A stretch of DNA of 64,000 nt, taken from positions 682,001 to 746,000 of the forward strand of contig JAQGDQ010000002.1 of the NCBI GenBank assembly GCA_030141605.1, given 5' to 3'. Each line of letters begins with the position of its first letter. Within the stretch, counting starts at the first letter, position 1. The position numbers and the translations under genes are program-made. The notes beneath the pieces were generated by a model. It worked only from the letters and a program-made list of their open reading frames with translations, did not search any database and had not been told where the DNA came from. This document shows, piece after piece, positions 51,869-64,000 of this stretch. This stretch comes from Tubiluchus corallicola. Lineage: Eukaryota > Animalia > Priapulida.

Positions 51869-54800
51869 ATGTAAATAGCTGCAGGCGGGTAGGCTATGAT
51901 CTATTATTATAAACACGATATGCATGACTACAATAGTATAACTATAATAACTAATAATGATTAAACGATCTAATTTTGATCTTTCTTGAATTGTAACAGT
52001 TGCACACAGTGTGCAGGATCTTAGTATAAACTCTTGTTCAATAACAAGATTAACTAGCGTTTTTATCATCTGTTAGCTGAAATCTAAAACTCAACGGTAG
52101 TGTCTGCAAATGGTTGTGATCTGTGATAATCTTTTGAGAGAGGAATCTGAGCCAGCAGACTGAACAGAGATGTCTCAGCAGGATGTTTGCCTTAGCGAAC
52201 TGGAATAGTCCATAAGCACTTTTCCCAATGATCATCATTTGGTTTGCTAACCAACATACTATTAATGTGGCGTCCACAGCCAAGCTGGCGGTGGAGATAC
52301 ATCCTTATCACATTCTCCTGTTTATTAATCTGACATTAATTTTTCCTGTCGAATGTTACATCATTATGACTATAGTGACGTAAAAACAAGTTGAATGATT
52401 CATTTTACTGTAAACACGCTGTTAGATTTTTCTGGCTATTTTTGAAACTTAAGTGGCGTTTACCAAACTTCCGGAATGCGTTATGCCTTATTGCTTAAAA
52501 TCACTTTATAATGTTTTACAATGAATCCGTTTACCAGATCTGCCCTATCACGTTATTTTTCTGTCGCTATTTCACAAAGGTTTTTTATACCCAGCTGAGT
52601 ACGCATTCCGGATGTCTGGTAAACGCGGTTTTTAAAGTTTTCTTAATTTTGTTACAATTCTTTCTAGCAACCGGGAGTTTCTTGAAATCTTCCTACACGC
52701 CTGCAGCAGGTTGAATCAAACAAACTGGTAAACAACGACGTAAGCAATGTAAAATGGCTTCTCCAATGACGTGGCAGAAAAAAAGCGCAGAGCATTTCTG
52801 TTGTCGATAAACGAGAAGAAATTTCTTGCTTAACGACATTACTTATGTAGGATAAAATAGTGTAGTTACTAATTAAACTTCGTTTAATGTGGACATTAAT
52901 GTTTTAATTACGCCTCCGTGGTTAAAAGCGTTTCGGATATTCTTAGTGTTTTCGACCTTTGGGAGTTTTAAGAATGATTTTGGCGTTCTTGTCTGTGTAA
53001 TAATAAGCGATGCTATAACACTTGTATCTAGCAATTACACTTACTAGTAGTTTATTATTAAATATATTATAGACTATTATAGTCTTTACAGACATGGGAT
53101 ATACATGTGTTATTCCTTTGGCTTACTAACACTTATACAGTTACACTATCAGTATATAGTTATACTATCACTTATTGCATAAAAGGGCTATAATTAATTA
53201 CTGTATAAACTAACTAGACATAATATTAGGTTGGCTAACCTATTCAGTATATTTATCAAAGACCAAACGATTTTTACCAATATCAGTGATAAACATAATA
53301 ATTCTATAACCCAAAAATACACCAATTCATTTGGCCACAACAGAGAAATTTAATATTATCATGTATACAGTGATCTCGGACATATATGGGAGTCTAAATT
53401 TTAACCCGTATTTTTAATGCTTGAAAAGTTTGTACAATTTTTATTTACAACTACTGTTGCAGTGAGTATACGACTTGCTTTACTGCGTTTCTAAGTTGCT
53501 ATACACAGCACATAACTAGCTATTAAAAAATGCCTTGACTACACATTGACTTTTTGAGGCCTGATATTGTCCAGCACTGGCTAAAATCATAAACACAAAA
53601 CACAGACAGCACTGCCAGCAGCTAGCGACACAGCTAGGCACTCCCAAAAAGAAATTTTCAGTCATTTCGAAACACTCAAAAGTAAAGACCCTGATCGATG
53701 TTGTAACTGAAACTTCTATTTCCATGAAGTGACAGATATTAATACCTAATAATTATAAGTGACAAAATACGTATTTAAAACCCAACCACCAAGGTAAAAA
53801 TAAATCACTCTATTCTATAATAAATGCTGGAAAACGAAAACCACCAATCCCGTTAGAAATAACAAAAACCAACTAACTTGATTAGAATATTAGTATAGCT
53901 AAAAGGCATACGTGTTATCAGGAATAAAAAGGTTATTGTACAGCCTTTACCACAATGTATAAGTGTCATTTTACACCACCATATTTTACACAAATGCCTT
54001 TGGCGTGATAAGTGAAAATGCTACAGGGAGATTTCACACATGAATAGGATGTTTCTTCAATTTTTAAATGAATTAACGTATGCAAATAAGCTCATCGAAA
54101 GACACATGTTTATTTTGCAGTCAGTATTACTTGACTGTAGAAAATTAGTATCTGTTGTTACAGTTATTAATGAGCTGTGTATAGTATCAGCGTTATAGTT
54201 ATTAATTAACTATGTTATAATAAGAATATAATATAATAAATCAATTTTTGTGAACTAAATTAAGAAGACACACCTGAACTGTGCAAAATGGAAATAGTTA
54301 CATTTTAATAGTTCTACTGGTCACAGGGGACTGCTGTAAAAGCAGCAACTTACAATTCCTTACAAGAAATCTTTATTATGGCATCGCACTTGACCTTAAA
54401 AGAGTTCACTTGCATGAGGATATAACATTGATTTGAAGCCCAAACAATTCCAGATTTTCAAGTTATCACAAACTGTGAGAATTACATCAGAAATGAAAAC
54501 CAAATGCAAAGTCTTAATAATATAAGTAGATAAATAAAAGTAAAAGATAAATAATAAATATCCATAAAAATACATGCATGCATACATATGTTGTTTGGCA
54601 GCAAGTTTGCACGCTTATGTAAATTCTCAAAACAACATAATATGTAGCACACCAAGCAGTTAGTAAATATGAACAAAGGATGGACTTGCAATGATCTTCA
54701 ACAAAATAAAATTGAAAAGAATTTAGCAAATGTCAACTTGAAGAAAAGGAAAAAATGAAAATCAGCGTAAGCTGACAAGCTGATATGTCCACGCATTCAC

Positions 54801-55070
54801 AGGCAACACATCAATACAGAGTTTATACAAATATATCACAATATTATTCGAGATTATTTCTCTAAATAGCAACCAAATGTATACATAGCACATAGATAAA
54901 TAATGTATACAGGCATTATGAATATAAGCAATATGAGAGACTAGGTTTTGTAAACGAAACAAAATCAACAAATGCTTTCAAAAATGCAATAAACAGTTAC
55001 ACTAAATAATGATTAGATACACACAATTGATACAGCAATATAAACTTTAGATGAATAAAAAATAAATGAT

Positions 55071-57347
55071 CTACTTTAGCGGTAATAACTCTTTCATGCT
55101 ACCTCCCAAATAAGGCTCTCCATCTGTCTCTAAACTGGATGTGCTAGCGTGTGATGCAGCATCAGAACTACAATATACTTCAGCAGCTGGAATGGACGTC
55201 ACTGGCCAGGTAGGATAGCTGTTATCATTTGCAGGCAAATTTGTTAAATTTGTTAAACCGTCACTGTTAATTTTAGTTTCTGCATTATCCGGGCATTTCG
55301 TGGACAAGTGCTCATTTGCTGACTCACTAAACATTTCCCACTGTTTGTTATCCTTTTCGTTTGTTAGAACATCTTGAGCAGAAACATCGGCAGCAGGTGG
55401 TAATCCATGAGCATTTACTGGCCACTGGTTGCTATCGTTACTTTTAGCAGTATCATTTGTAGATTCATTCCAAGAGGTAACACTGTCTGTCGTTTGCCAT
55501 AAACCGCTACCGGACATTTGGTCATGCCATGAACTTGTCATGCGATCCTCTGCTGCAGTTACAATGATAAGTGGCTGTGATGTAGGCAGGCCCTCACCCT
55601 CCTGTGCAAAATGACCGTCTTCTTCTACCTGCTGTGAATGACCTGTGAAAAATCCAGTTTGTGGAGGTGCCTGTGTTTCAGCTGTTTGTTCTTGAGTGGA
55701 GCTTGAACTATTTTGGTTAATCCATTGCCCGTCAACGTACTGCCAATCACAATTAGTTTTTTCAGGTTCTGGTTCTTTTATAGTATTTTGATCTGCAGGA
55801 GTGTCTGCAGGTAAGTTTGCACTTTCCACCTTTTGCCATATCTCAGACATTGGTGTGTAATTCTGAGACCATGTAGAACTGGCTGGTGCTGCCCAGTTTG
55901 TTGCAACACTGACTGCAGCTGGTGTCACAGCTGGAGTGGTCTGCCAGCTCTGTACCATTGTTAATGTTGGCTGAGGCAATTGCCAGTTAGTAGCTGGTTG
56001 TTCAGAGGCAATTGGAACAGATTGGTAATTTGGCAACTGTACACCAGATGACTGCATATGTGGCCAACTAACTGGTGCGTTGTCTAAATTGGCCATAGTT
56101 TGCACGTGCATTGGTTGTGCGGTAGCATGCCAGGTCTGTGCAGCCATTTGCTGATGAGTATGCCAGTTATTTGCTGCCTCAACTGGCAAAGTGGGTGGAT
56201 GTGAAATTTGCCATGTAGGCTCAACTGTGCTTGCAGTCTCCTGTTTGACTTGCCAGCTAGGCACTGCCTTCTGCCACTGCCAACTCCCATCTGGATTCAA
56301 AGTAACAGCTTCTGAACCATTGGTAAGGTTGCCCTGAACGTTAGCTAGATTTTCGGGAATGTCTCTAGGTTGAACCGGTTGTGGATTATTTAACGTTAAT
56401 GTTGGCTGCCACTGCTTCTCTGGTTCTGGTACTGTCTGTGGCCACGGCTGTTTTATTTCTTGTGTACCGGTGTGATATGTACAGTTTTCAACTGCTGGTG
56501 TACTCTGTACCCAGGTAGTTGTAGCTGTACTATCAGAATCTTGCTGCCAGTTTTCTTCGCTTGGAATGGCTTGTATAGTTTCTTCCCAGGTGACATGCTT
56601 TGGTGGAGATTCTTGACTAGTCTGCCACTGTGCGAGATTATCCAGTGCAGCTGCATCGGTTGTAGTGCTGTTTTCTACTTGGCTGTCAGTGCCAGACTGC
56701 AACAGACAATGCGTTTCTGTTGATGTAAGTGGACTTGCTGAATCAGATGCTAAAAGAAGAGCACAGTCTCCACTTGACTGCTCTAGAAGAGGTTGTTCAT
56801 CTGTCTGTAATGGCGGACCTTGCCAGTCCATTGACTGATTACCTTCCTCCCACTTCTGTTCTAGTACAGCTTGCTGACCTTCGCTGCAATCATCGATCTG
56901 ATCAGAGTCTGGGTATTTAATATTAACAATCTGTTGTGCTGCAGCTGACCTCGGTCCTATTTGCAAATTAGCTGAACCTCCAGCAAAAGCCACAGAACAG
57001 TCACCAACAGCAGTTTCGTTATCAGCATTTGCATGAACAGTCACATCAGTATTATCTTTAGACTCCGGTGTGCATAGTGAAGACTGCCTGAATCGCTCTA
57101 TTTTTAAGGAGTGCAATCTGTTTTCATCGTCGGGGTGCAGGTACTGATGTAGACGGCGCTCTTGTATGGAAAGGGATCGTCTCCGAGAGAATACAGGTGT
57201 GAGGTCGGCTCTCAAACCAGATTTGTGAGATACTACAGGTGACGCAGGTGCATCTGTTTTTGGTGTGAGGTTTTGGATGGATTCGGTGAGGTGAGAACGA
57301 TAGTCGTGCCAACTCTGCTGAGTGATGATCTTATTCCCATCATTACC
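55071..57347 (-). CDS. Bestrophin last coding exon (~758-aa low-complexity C-terminal tail)
   Basis: Acceptor ttttcag before 57347, phase 0, in frame with the 714-aa ORF 55071-57215. Ends at TAG. Confidence 0.8.
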   Translation of the reverse strand, partial: GNDGNKIITQQSWHDYRSHLTESIQNLTPKTDAPASPVVSHKSGLRADLTPVFSRRRSLSIQERRLHQYLHPDDENRLHSLKIERFRQSSLCTPESKDNTDVTVHANADNETAVGDCSVAFAGGSANLQIGPRSAAAQQIVNIKYPDSDQIDDCSEGQQAVLEQKWEEGNQSMDWQGPPLQTDEQPLLEQSSGDCALLLASDSASPLTSTETHCLLQSGTDSQVENSTTTDAAALDNLAQWQTSQESPPKHVTWEETIQAIPSEENWQQDSDSTATTTWVQSTPAVENCTYHTGTQEIKQPWPQTVPEPEKQWQPTLTLNNPQPVQPRDIPENLANVQGNLTNGSEAVTLNPDGSWQWQKAVPSWQVKQETASTVEPTWQISHPPTLPVEAANNWHTHQQMAAQTWHATAQPMHVQTMANLDNAPVSWPHMQSSGVQLPNYQSVPIASEQPATNWQLPQPTLTMVQSWQTTPAVTPAAVSVATNWAAPASSTWSQNYTPMSEIWQKVESANLPADTPADQNTIKEPEPEKTNCDWQYVDGQWINQNSSSSTQEQTAETQAPPQTGFFTGHSQQVEEDGHFAQEGEGLPTSQPLIIVTAAEDRMTSSWHDQMSGSGLWQTTDSVTSWNESTNDTAKSNDSNQWPVNAHGLPPAADVSAQDVLTNEKDNKQWEMFSESANEHLSTKCPDNAETKINSDGLTNLTNLPANDNSYPTWPVTSIPAAEVYCSSDAASHASTSSLETDGEPYLGGSMKELLPLK

Positions 57348-57805
57348 CTGAAAACATAATTATACATTTTGAAAAATATGATTCATTTGATTTGAACAAA
57401 CTTGATCTATTCTCCATGATACTGTAGACATTTGGTTATATGGAATTTTATGGACCAGAATACGTACAGTAATCGACATTTCAGATTATTTAACATAATT
57501 ATAAATCACTGTGCAATCTGCTTGAGTGTTTTTGCATGGAATGCAATGAGGAGGATATAGTGTTAATTGCAGAGATTAGGTCTTAAAGTCACAGCACTTC
57601 CCACTGTAATCTTTTAAACATGATAAGACTTTAATTGATATTTGCATTGGCAATAAACAAACATTGTTTATTTGTATCATGTGTCACAACACAGCTTCGG
57701 AAAACCAGTTTTCGAATAATAGTGTACAGTTAATTGAATTCCATTGCAGTGATCAATCACAAACAGTCAAATTCATTTTTTAGTGCCTTTTATATAATTG
57801 CTTAC

Positions 57806-57977
57806 CTTCAACCGATCTAAATTATCTGTAATGCTGCTTGATATGTTGCGCAGACGCAGGAATGGGGATTTGTGATAATCAGCATGCATGTTCTCACGGC
57901 TTCCCACCTGACACGCCACACCTTGTTCCTTGATTGTCTCCATAGGTACCACCATAGACATGTCATCCACCTTGATG
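57806..57977 (-). CDS. Bestrophin exon (IKVDDMSMVVPME...LDRLK)
   Basis: Acceptor ttttgcag and donor gtaagc. Phases match the flanking exons. Confidence 0.75.
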
Positions 57978-58785
57978 CTGCAAAATGAGATAGCACTTGG
58001 TAAATGAATGAAGTTAATCATGTGTTTCAGATTTTACAACATTAACTTCAATAAAATCCTATTTTGTATCTAGGATTAAATTACTAAAGAATTTTGACCA
58101 GCGCCCAACTTTCAAGTGAAGAGTAAAAGCGATATGTGTGCTTGCAAACCAAAATATTCCACAAGTCAGCATAGTATAAACTGCGTAATGATGCCTTAAA
58201 TACAAATGCTAAATGTATTGAACTTTTACATTCTAGCATCAAATTACTAAGAAAATGTTTAAAAAATGCTAAATATCTAATTTTTTAACCTCCTACCCAC
58301 TTTTCTGGCTAGAAACTAGTATGGCAATTGTAAAAGACACATATTTTCAAACTCCAATTGTAGCTCGTGGAAGCTGTTGCTTCAGGTTTTTTCTGCCGCC
58401 AAACCCAGATCTTCGTCAGGATTTAAACACAGATGTGTTCTTGCAAAGTCCATAGCAACCAACATTTGTTTGGTTGCCAAGTGTTTTGCAAAAACGTGAC
58501 AAAAAACAACGGAAAACTTTAATAGCGATTTTGTCAAGATTATGTTTTCCAGTGCGTAGTCTGCACCTCAACTTTAATGTGAATTATCTCAGCTTAGGAA
58601 TAACAAAGACGATGAACTTGGCATCAAAATGATTCAGGATATGTGAATAACTAGAAAAGCTTAATTGCCGACTTATGAACGATTTTGCTATGAAAGCACA
58701 TATATTGATTATATGCAGTGCATAACAATGAGTAGATGATGTTCAACAGTAATGTTACAAAAAACGAAAGATATTATTTACTTAC

Positions 58786-59018
58786 CCCAAGTTAAACACT
58801 GAGCCCATGTGAGGCTTTTTCTTTGATCCAACAGTTTTGCTGGTATACGGAAGAACACACTCCACATCATCAGCATGAATGTCACGTTCTAGAGGTGGTA
58901 CCAGCTGGTGCATGTCGTCAACGCTCAAATATCCCACTTGCATGTTCCGATCAATGATCCAGTTCATATCAAAATCATCCTCATCCTCTCCAAAAGGGTT
59001 AATTAGTTGTTCAGCTAC
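58786..59018 (-). CDS. Bestrophin exon with the Ca2+ clasp
   Basis: VAEQLINPFGEDEDDFDMNWIIDRN...LPYT...PHMGS, bounded by AG and GT. Confidence 0.95.
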
Positions 59019-59206
59019 CTAAAGCAGTATTATACTATATCATTATAGAGTAACAAAAACTGATTTAGACCATCACTAGCTAGTTTGCTGCATGAATATC
59101 CTTACTTACTCATCAGTGCAGAATTTTCTGGTGTCTAGATATCACAGGGATGCCTTTCTAAGAGTTAAACTTCTTACAAAATAAGAAATAAAGAATTACA
59201 GCTTAC

Positions 59207-59359
59207 CTTCAACCATCCCATGTAGAAGAAAAATTGCAAGAATGTAAAAAATGGAATGTAAAGATCTACAGCATGCCGGGCATTTCCACTCTCCGGATTC
59301 AAGTATTGTTTTCCCATCAAAGATGCCAGAAAATATATATAGGTAGCTAAAGTCACAAC
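59207..59359 (-). CDS. Bestrophin exon (TM3-TM4)
   Basis: VVTLATYIYF...DLYIPFFTFLQFFFYMGWLK, bounded by AG and GT. Confidence 0.95.
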
Positions 59360-60625
59360 CTGAAAGAAGTCAATGCAGCCATGCTTAAGCAGTGTTAGTT
59401 AAAAAATGCTAATTTTAGCTTACAGTTATTAGGCTTAATATAAACATATACCTAAAACCTAAAACAAATGTGTCAACAGTTCACACACATGCACTATGGA
59501 AAGGTTTTATCATGTTGGAAATTGTTCATTTTATGTGTCTTACTGCATTACGCTACATCACACTACAGCAGACCATGCCACACTACATCAATTTAATCCA
59601 CATTATATACTACACTATACCAGAGTACACCTGTATTGAGTGGTACCTCTACTTTAAAAATGAGTAGCGGTAAATTGTAATTTCACTATTTTTTAAGTAG
59701 TGTTGTGACAGCACTGCAGTACTACATTTAATTCTTGTGGTGACTCTTGACAGTTAATGTCTGTGTAACGAGTTGTGTTTTCATAGCAGCTGCAGACTTC
59801 CACAGGTTTAGTAAGCTATGTACTTATAGTTCTGCAATGATCTCGGACACAGTGACTTTCCAAGGAAAACATATTTTGCCCAAAAGTGAACAGTTGTTGC
59901 TTCCTGACCATGACATTAAAAAATTAATTTTTTAAAGCAAATAAATATATTTGACGATTGAACGGTAGTTTATCGCATGACGTGAAATAGTAAAGTGTCA
60001 CATTGTGATGAACAACTTACTATTATGTTGATTATGTATGAATGACCTGCAAGTGTCCGTTTATAATCATAAATAAACTGCATAGTTCGAATCTTGATAC
60101 AATTTGGTGCAACTTGTGTTTGTATTTGGATCTGTTTAGCTGCCAGTTAACAATTTAATTATCACTATTAAAGGGGGTCTTTAATGTGGTACCTGCACCT
60201 TGGAGTATACTATATCAACAATGCTGTGAACTCAGAAGTGACAGCAAAACAATAAAGTAGTGGCTATTGCAGTGACACTACTTTCATACAGTAATTGTAG
60301 TTGCAACTACTTTTTTAAAAAAGCAAATGTAGCGACAACACCACTACTTTTCAGAAGAGTAATTGTATTTATAGTGATACTAAATTTTAAAAGTAAAAGA
60401 CCCAACACTGATTATAACCTTCTACTATTATTGTACTGGAATATTGTTTTCTCAAAGAAATATACTCTGAGAAGAGACAAGGATCTTGCTGTTATTTTAA
60501 CTTTTTTTTGTTGCAAACCAAATCGTAAAATCACATTCAAACACAAATTGCAAATTATTCCTTTCAGGTTCAACTGGTAGATGAATGCAAGTTAATGAAA
60601 GTTACAAGCGAATGCAACATTGTAC

Positions 60626-60703
60626 CTGTGTATAGACTAGTGGCACACTTATCCAATCATAACTGTACAGCATTCCACAGCATCCTCGATACACGTGGAG
60701 TTC
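60626..60703 (-). CDS. Bestrophin exon
   Basis: [26 protein letters not shown], bounded by AG and GT. Confidence 0.95.
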
Positions 60704-61256
60704 CTGCAACAAATCAAAATTATATGAACCATCATGCCCAATCACAAAATTATAATTGATTTTGAAGTCTATCCAAACAGATATTTAAAAGAAACTTAAT
60801 CTCTGTCATTGTTGGTGATTTTATGGATGGATGGATAGACAAAAGAAGAATTGATACAATGTCTTTCCAAGCTGTATAAGCCCTTGTATGGTACAGTAAC
60901 ATATGGGTAAGAACTACTAAAACATATAGAAATATTTTGAATTAGATTAAGAACCTGAGCATCCAACTCAGGTGTTATGCCAGATCTGATAAAAGTTGCT
61001 TAGCAACAGCAGTGGACTGCAGACTACTTAAGCAGGTACAACTGTTTTCCAGTGTGGTTAATGCTGCCCAGACTGTAGCCAAAATCTCCACTCAGTGGGG
61101 GGGGGGAACTGACTAACACAATCGGGGACAGATTAAGCAGCTTGCCATTAACTTGCCTTTGAAGTTTTTGCATGACTCGGTTACAGAATCAAATTCACAA
61201 CATCTTGAATGGAAAGTGGAACATTTCTGCACAAACACAAACTGATCCATAGCTAC

Positions 61257-61411
61257 CTCAAGAATCCTGTTCATGTTGTAATCACTGGTGATCCGGCCAT
61301 CCTGTCTGGATTTTGAAATCAGGTTATTCAGCCACATGATAGGAAACCACCATTTTCCATGTGGACAATACAGCTCTTCCATGAGTTTCCGCTCATTTTC
61401 TGTCATAAACC
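61257..61411 (-). CDS. Bestrophin exon
   Basis: GFMTENERK...KWWFPIMWLNNL...RILE, bounded by AG and GT. Confidence 0.93.
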
Positions 61412-62184
61412 CTAAAAATTATACAATATTAAATTATGCGATGACAAATACACTGCCCATTGTACAAATACGGGCCGAAAGGCCCAATACACAAACGACT
61501 AGAAAGTACAGCTAACACTGTCATTGAAATTCGAAATCAGTGCTGATACATAAGTATTTCAGAAGAAACTCTTTGCACAGGGTGTTTCTGAAGTTTCTAT
61601 ACACTTTTTATTTTCTATATTTTATTAACAAACAAAGCAAAATGTTTGAAAATTGACAAAGATAAACTAAAGCCTTTGGTAATTAATTTAGTTGAAAATC
61701 TGAAAAGAACTGCTGAACTAGTAGGCTTTGCTATTCTCAATACCTTCTTCAGAATGGTACATTGTTAAGTAAGATAATAGTGTGGATCATATAAATGAGA
61801 TCCACGTTTGAGATATCCACATTTAATCTCTGCTCAGAGTACAAAGATATCTCGAGTACTTTAAGAAAAATTACTGTTATCTCAAAAAATACTACAGTGA
61901 CAAGAAAGGTTTAAAATAAGCAACGAGTCACGCAACATTAACAACAGGAACTGTAGAGTAGCTAACTTCCGCTAATTCATAAACACTCTTCTCCACCAAT
62001 TTATTTACCACTAAAATGCTGATGTGGCCAAAGTAAACACAGCAGTCACAGCCTGAGTAAATTGTCATTGAGACAAATTTCATTCTTAGCCTGAAATTAT
62101 TTCTTAACTTCTTGAATTTTTAATAAATAAGGTCACTGCTATAACAATGAGATCAGCAGTTTTTAAATAATAAAATATAATAAC

Positions 62185-62351
62185 CAGCTTCAACAACATG
62201 CTCCATGGTAGGGAATCGTTTCTTCACTCTCATGCTGATAGACTGGAACACGAGTAAAGATGTGAGATTGGCATAGCGGATCATGGTGCGCCTTATCATG
62301 ATGGACTGCTCATCACTTCCCAGAACATATGCAGTTATGTACATTGCCAAT
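62185..62351 (-). CDS. Bestrophin exon with the RFP motif
   Basis: LAMYI...IRRTMIRYANL...VKKRFPTMEHVVEA, bounded by AG and GT. Confidence 0.95.
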
Positions 62352-63136
62352 CTACAAAAAACACAAAACCGTACAGGCTGCCTTACAAACAAAGAAAATG
62401 GAGCACTAACTATAGAATGTATAGGCTTCAAGACCTAGTATGAAATTATTACATGTAGTGATACATCATATTAGGACATAACAAAAACATGAATGTCTCA
62501 CAGTTAGAAAGCTATTTACGCAACAAAATAATTAGTGCTCAGAATCACAAAGTCACAATTTAGCACATTTGCATAAATGAGTCAGTAGATGAGTAGATTA
62601 ATTTTAATGTTTACTTAAAAATAATTTAATCAATCAGAAAAGTGCATTTAACTGTATGCACTTAGAATTAGCTAGGTGTAACAGATGACCTGTGATCTAA
62701 GCGAAGCAGTTTAGACTACCTAGAGGAAAGACTAGAGATATCAGACGAAGAAAACTAACTAAGTTATGTATTTAGATTTTTTATGCAAATAGCCCCCAAC
62801 AAGGCCACTAACCATTCAAGATACAGCGAATAAGATTTTCTGGATGTCTGGGTGAGAATAAATTAAGGTGGAAAATGAACTACTGTAGCCGAACATAACA
62901 GCTAACTAAACTATCTTTAAAGACAAGGTACAAAATAGTGACTAAACTATGAATAATTACAACAAACTACTTGGGTAAACTATTTCGAAGGATACATATT
63001 ATGTGAATAACTCACACAGACTGGCAGCTAAAATTAAAAAGTGATCAATTGCTTTTGAAAATGTCACACAGGTTGACTTAATAATATAGCGTGGGGCATA
63101 TTTTCAAAATATTAATTTGCAGTCGTATATACAAAC

Positions 63137-63271
63137 CTGTCTGGCCACGGGATGTTCACGTACTGTTGCCACCAGCGAGTAACAACTATTGACACATAAA
63201 AACCAAGGACAAATGAGAGAGGAATGAGATCAGTGAAGTTTTCACAATACATCGATATGTTTTCAAACATC
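63137..63271 (-). CDS. Bestrophin exon (TM2 and neck); the N-terminal exon(s) lie beyond the window
   Basis: MFENISMYC...[31 protein letters not shown], bounded by AG and GT. Confidence 0.95.
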
Positions 63272-64000
63272 CTGAAATAATTCATAAAAAATGTTCAGTC
63301 CTTTTTACTGTTTAAAGCAAATCAGCATTAGATCTGGCTCGAAAATTTTATAACATTTTCAGGAAAATGAAAGCACAGTTGATACTATACATTTTCTGAT
63401 TACAACTTACATAACAATTAATAAAATTCATTGAATACATTACAGCTGGCAGATGTTTTATTGTTTAGAACTCTTATATGCATTTTGGTCGTTGAGCCAT
63501 ATACTATGTAAAAACCTTGAACTTGAACATATTAACACTACAAGTTTTTCAATGCCAGATCAGTACAGTACAATCACTTGACTGGAACTTTTTGTTTGAT
63601 AATGCTTTTGACCCTTACTTATGAAAAGCAAAAAAGTAAAACAAAGATAACACACCAAGGGCAGTCAAATCTGTTGTACTAGTCGTTTCCGTAGCAGAAG
63701 CAAAGGTGCTTTTTTATTTATGTACAAGTGACTACATCGTAATTTTACATAAAAAAATCAATTGAAAAAGCATAATATTGCTTAACTGTTAAAAAGCTAA
63801 AAAAATTATCTGAGTATGAATTGAGGAAACAATTTACTTGCGCTACAAACATGGATAGTCCTCATAGCTGTACCAGTCAAAAAAGCCATTAATGACAAGT
63901 TGTATTTTAAGCTTAAAAGAAATCTAGAGTTCAGTAGAACGTACAATTTTCATTCACACTACAAGCAAATACAGCACATAGTAACTTTGCTGAGCCAGGT

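Noticed and set aside
52366-52416. SECIS-like hairpin downstream of SelW-like exon 5B (ATGA-C, TATAGTGA/TTACTGTA stem, AAA)
   Set aside because: It lacks the 3' GA of the non-Watson-Crick quartet (reads AACA) and may be intronic. At best a relic, and plausibly chance.

Overview
AT-rich, intron-rich invertebrate (metazoan) genomic DNA. Three host genes can be assembled from splice signals and homology. (1) The 3' part of a rhodopsin-class neuropeptide GPCR on the + strand (exons 16351-16687, 34867-35079, 37654-37809). Its TGA stop sits in a TGA-CTAG plus hairpin readthrough context and is followed by two further in-frame open segments. (2) An 87-aa selenoprotein W (Rdx family)-like gene on the + strand, built from micro-exons that the ORF track misses (44040-51868). 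It has lost the CxxU motif, carries a new CxxC, and has a tandemly duplicated pair of terminal exons. (3) A bestrophin chloride channel on the - strand (55071-63271, 5' end outside the window) with a very long Trp-spaced disordered tail. The remainder is intron or intergenic DNA with transposon debris. The best-resolved element is an internally deleted BEL/Pao LTR retrotransposon with 22-29 bp LTRs, nested in a CR1-like LINE. All homology calls come from motif recognition by eye; no database searches were run.
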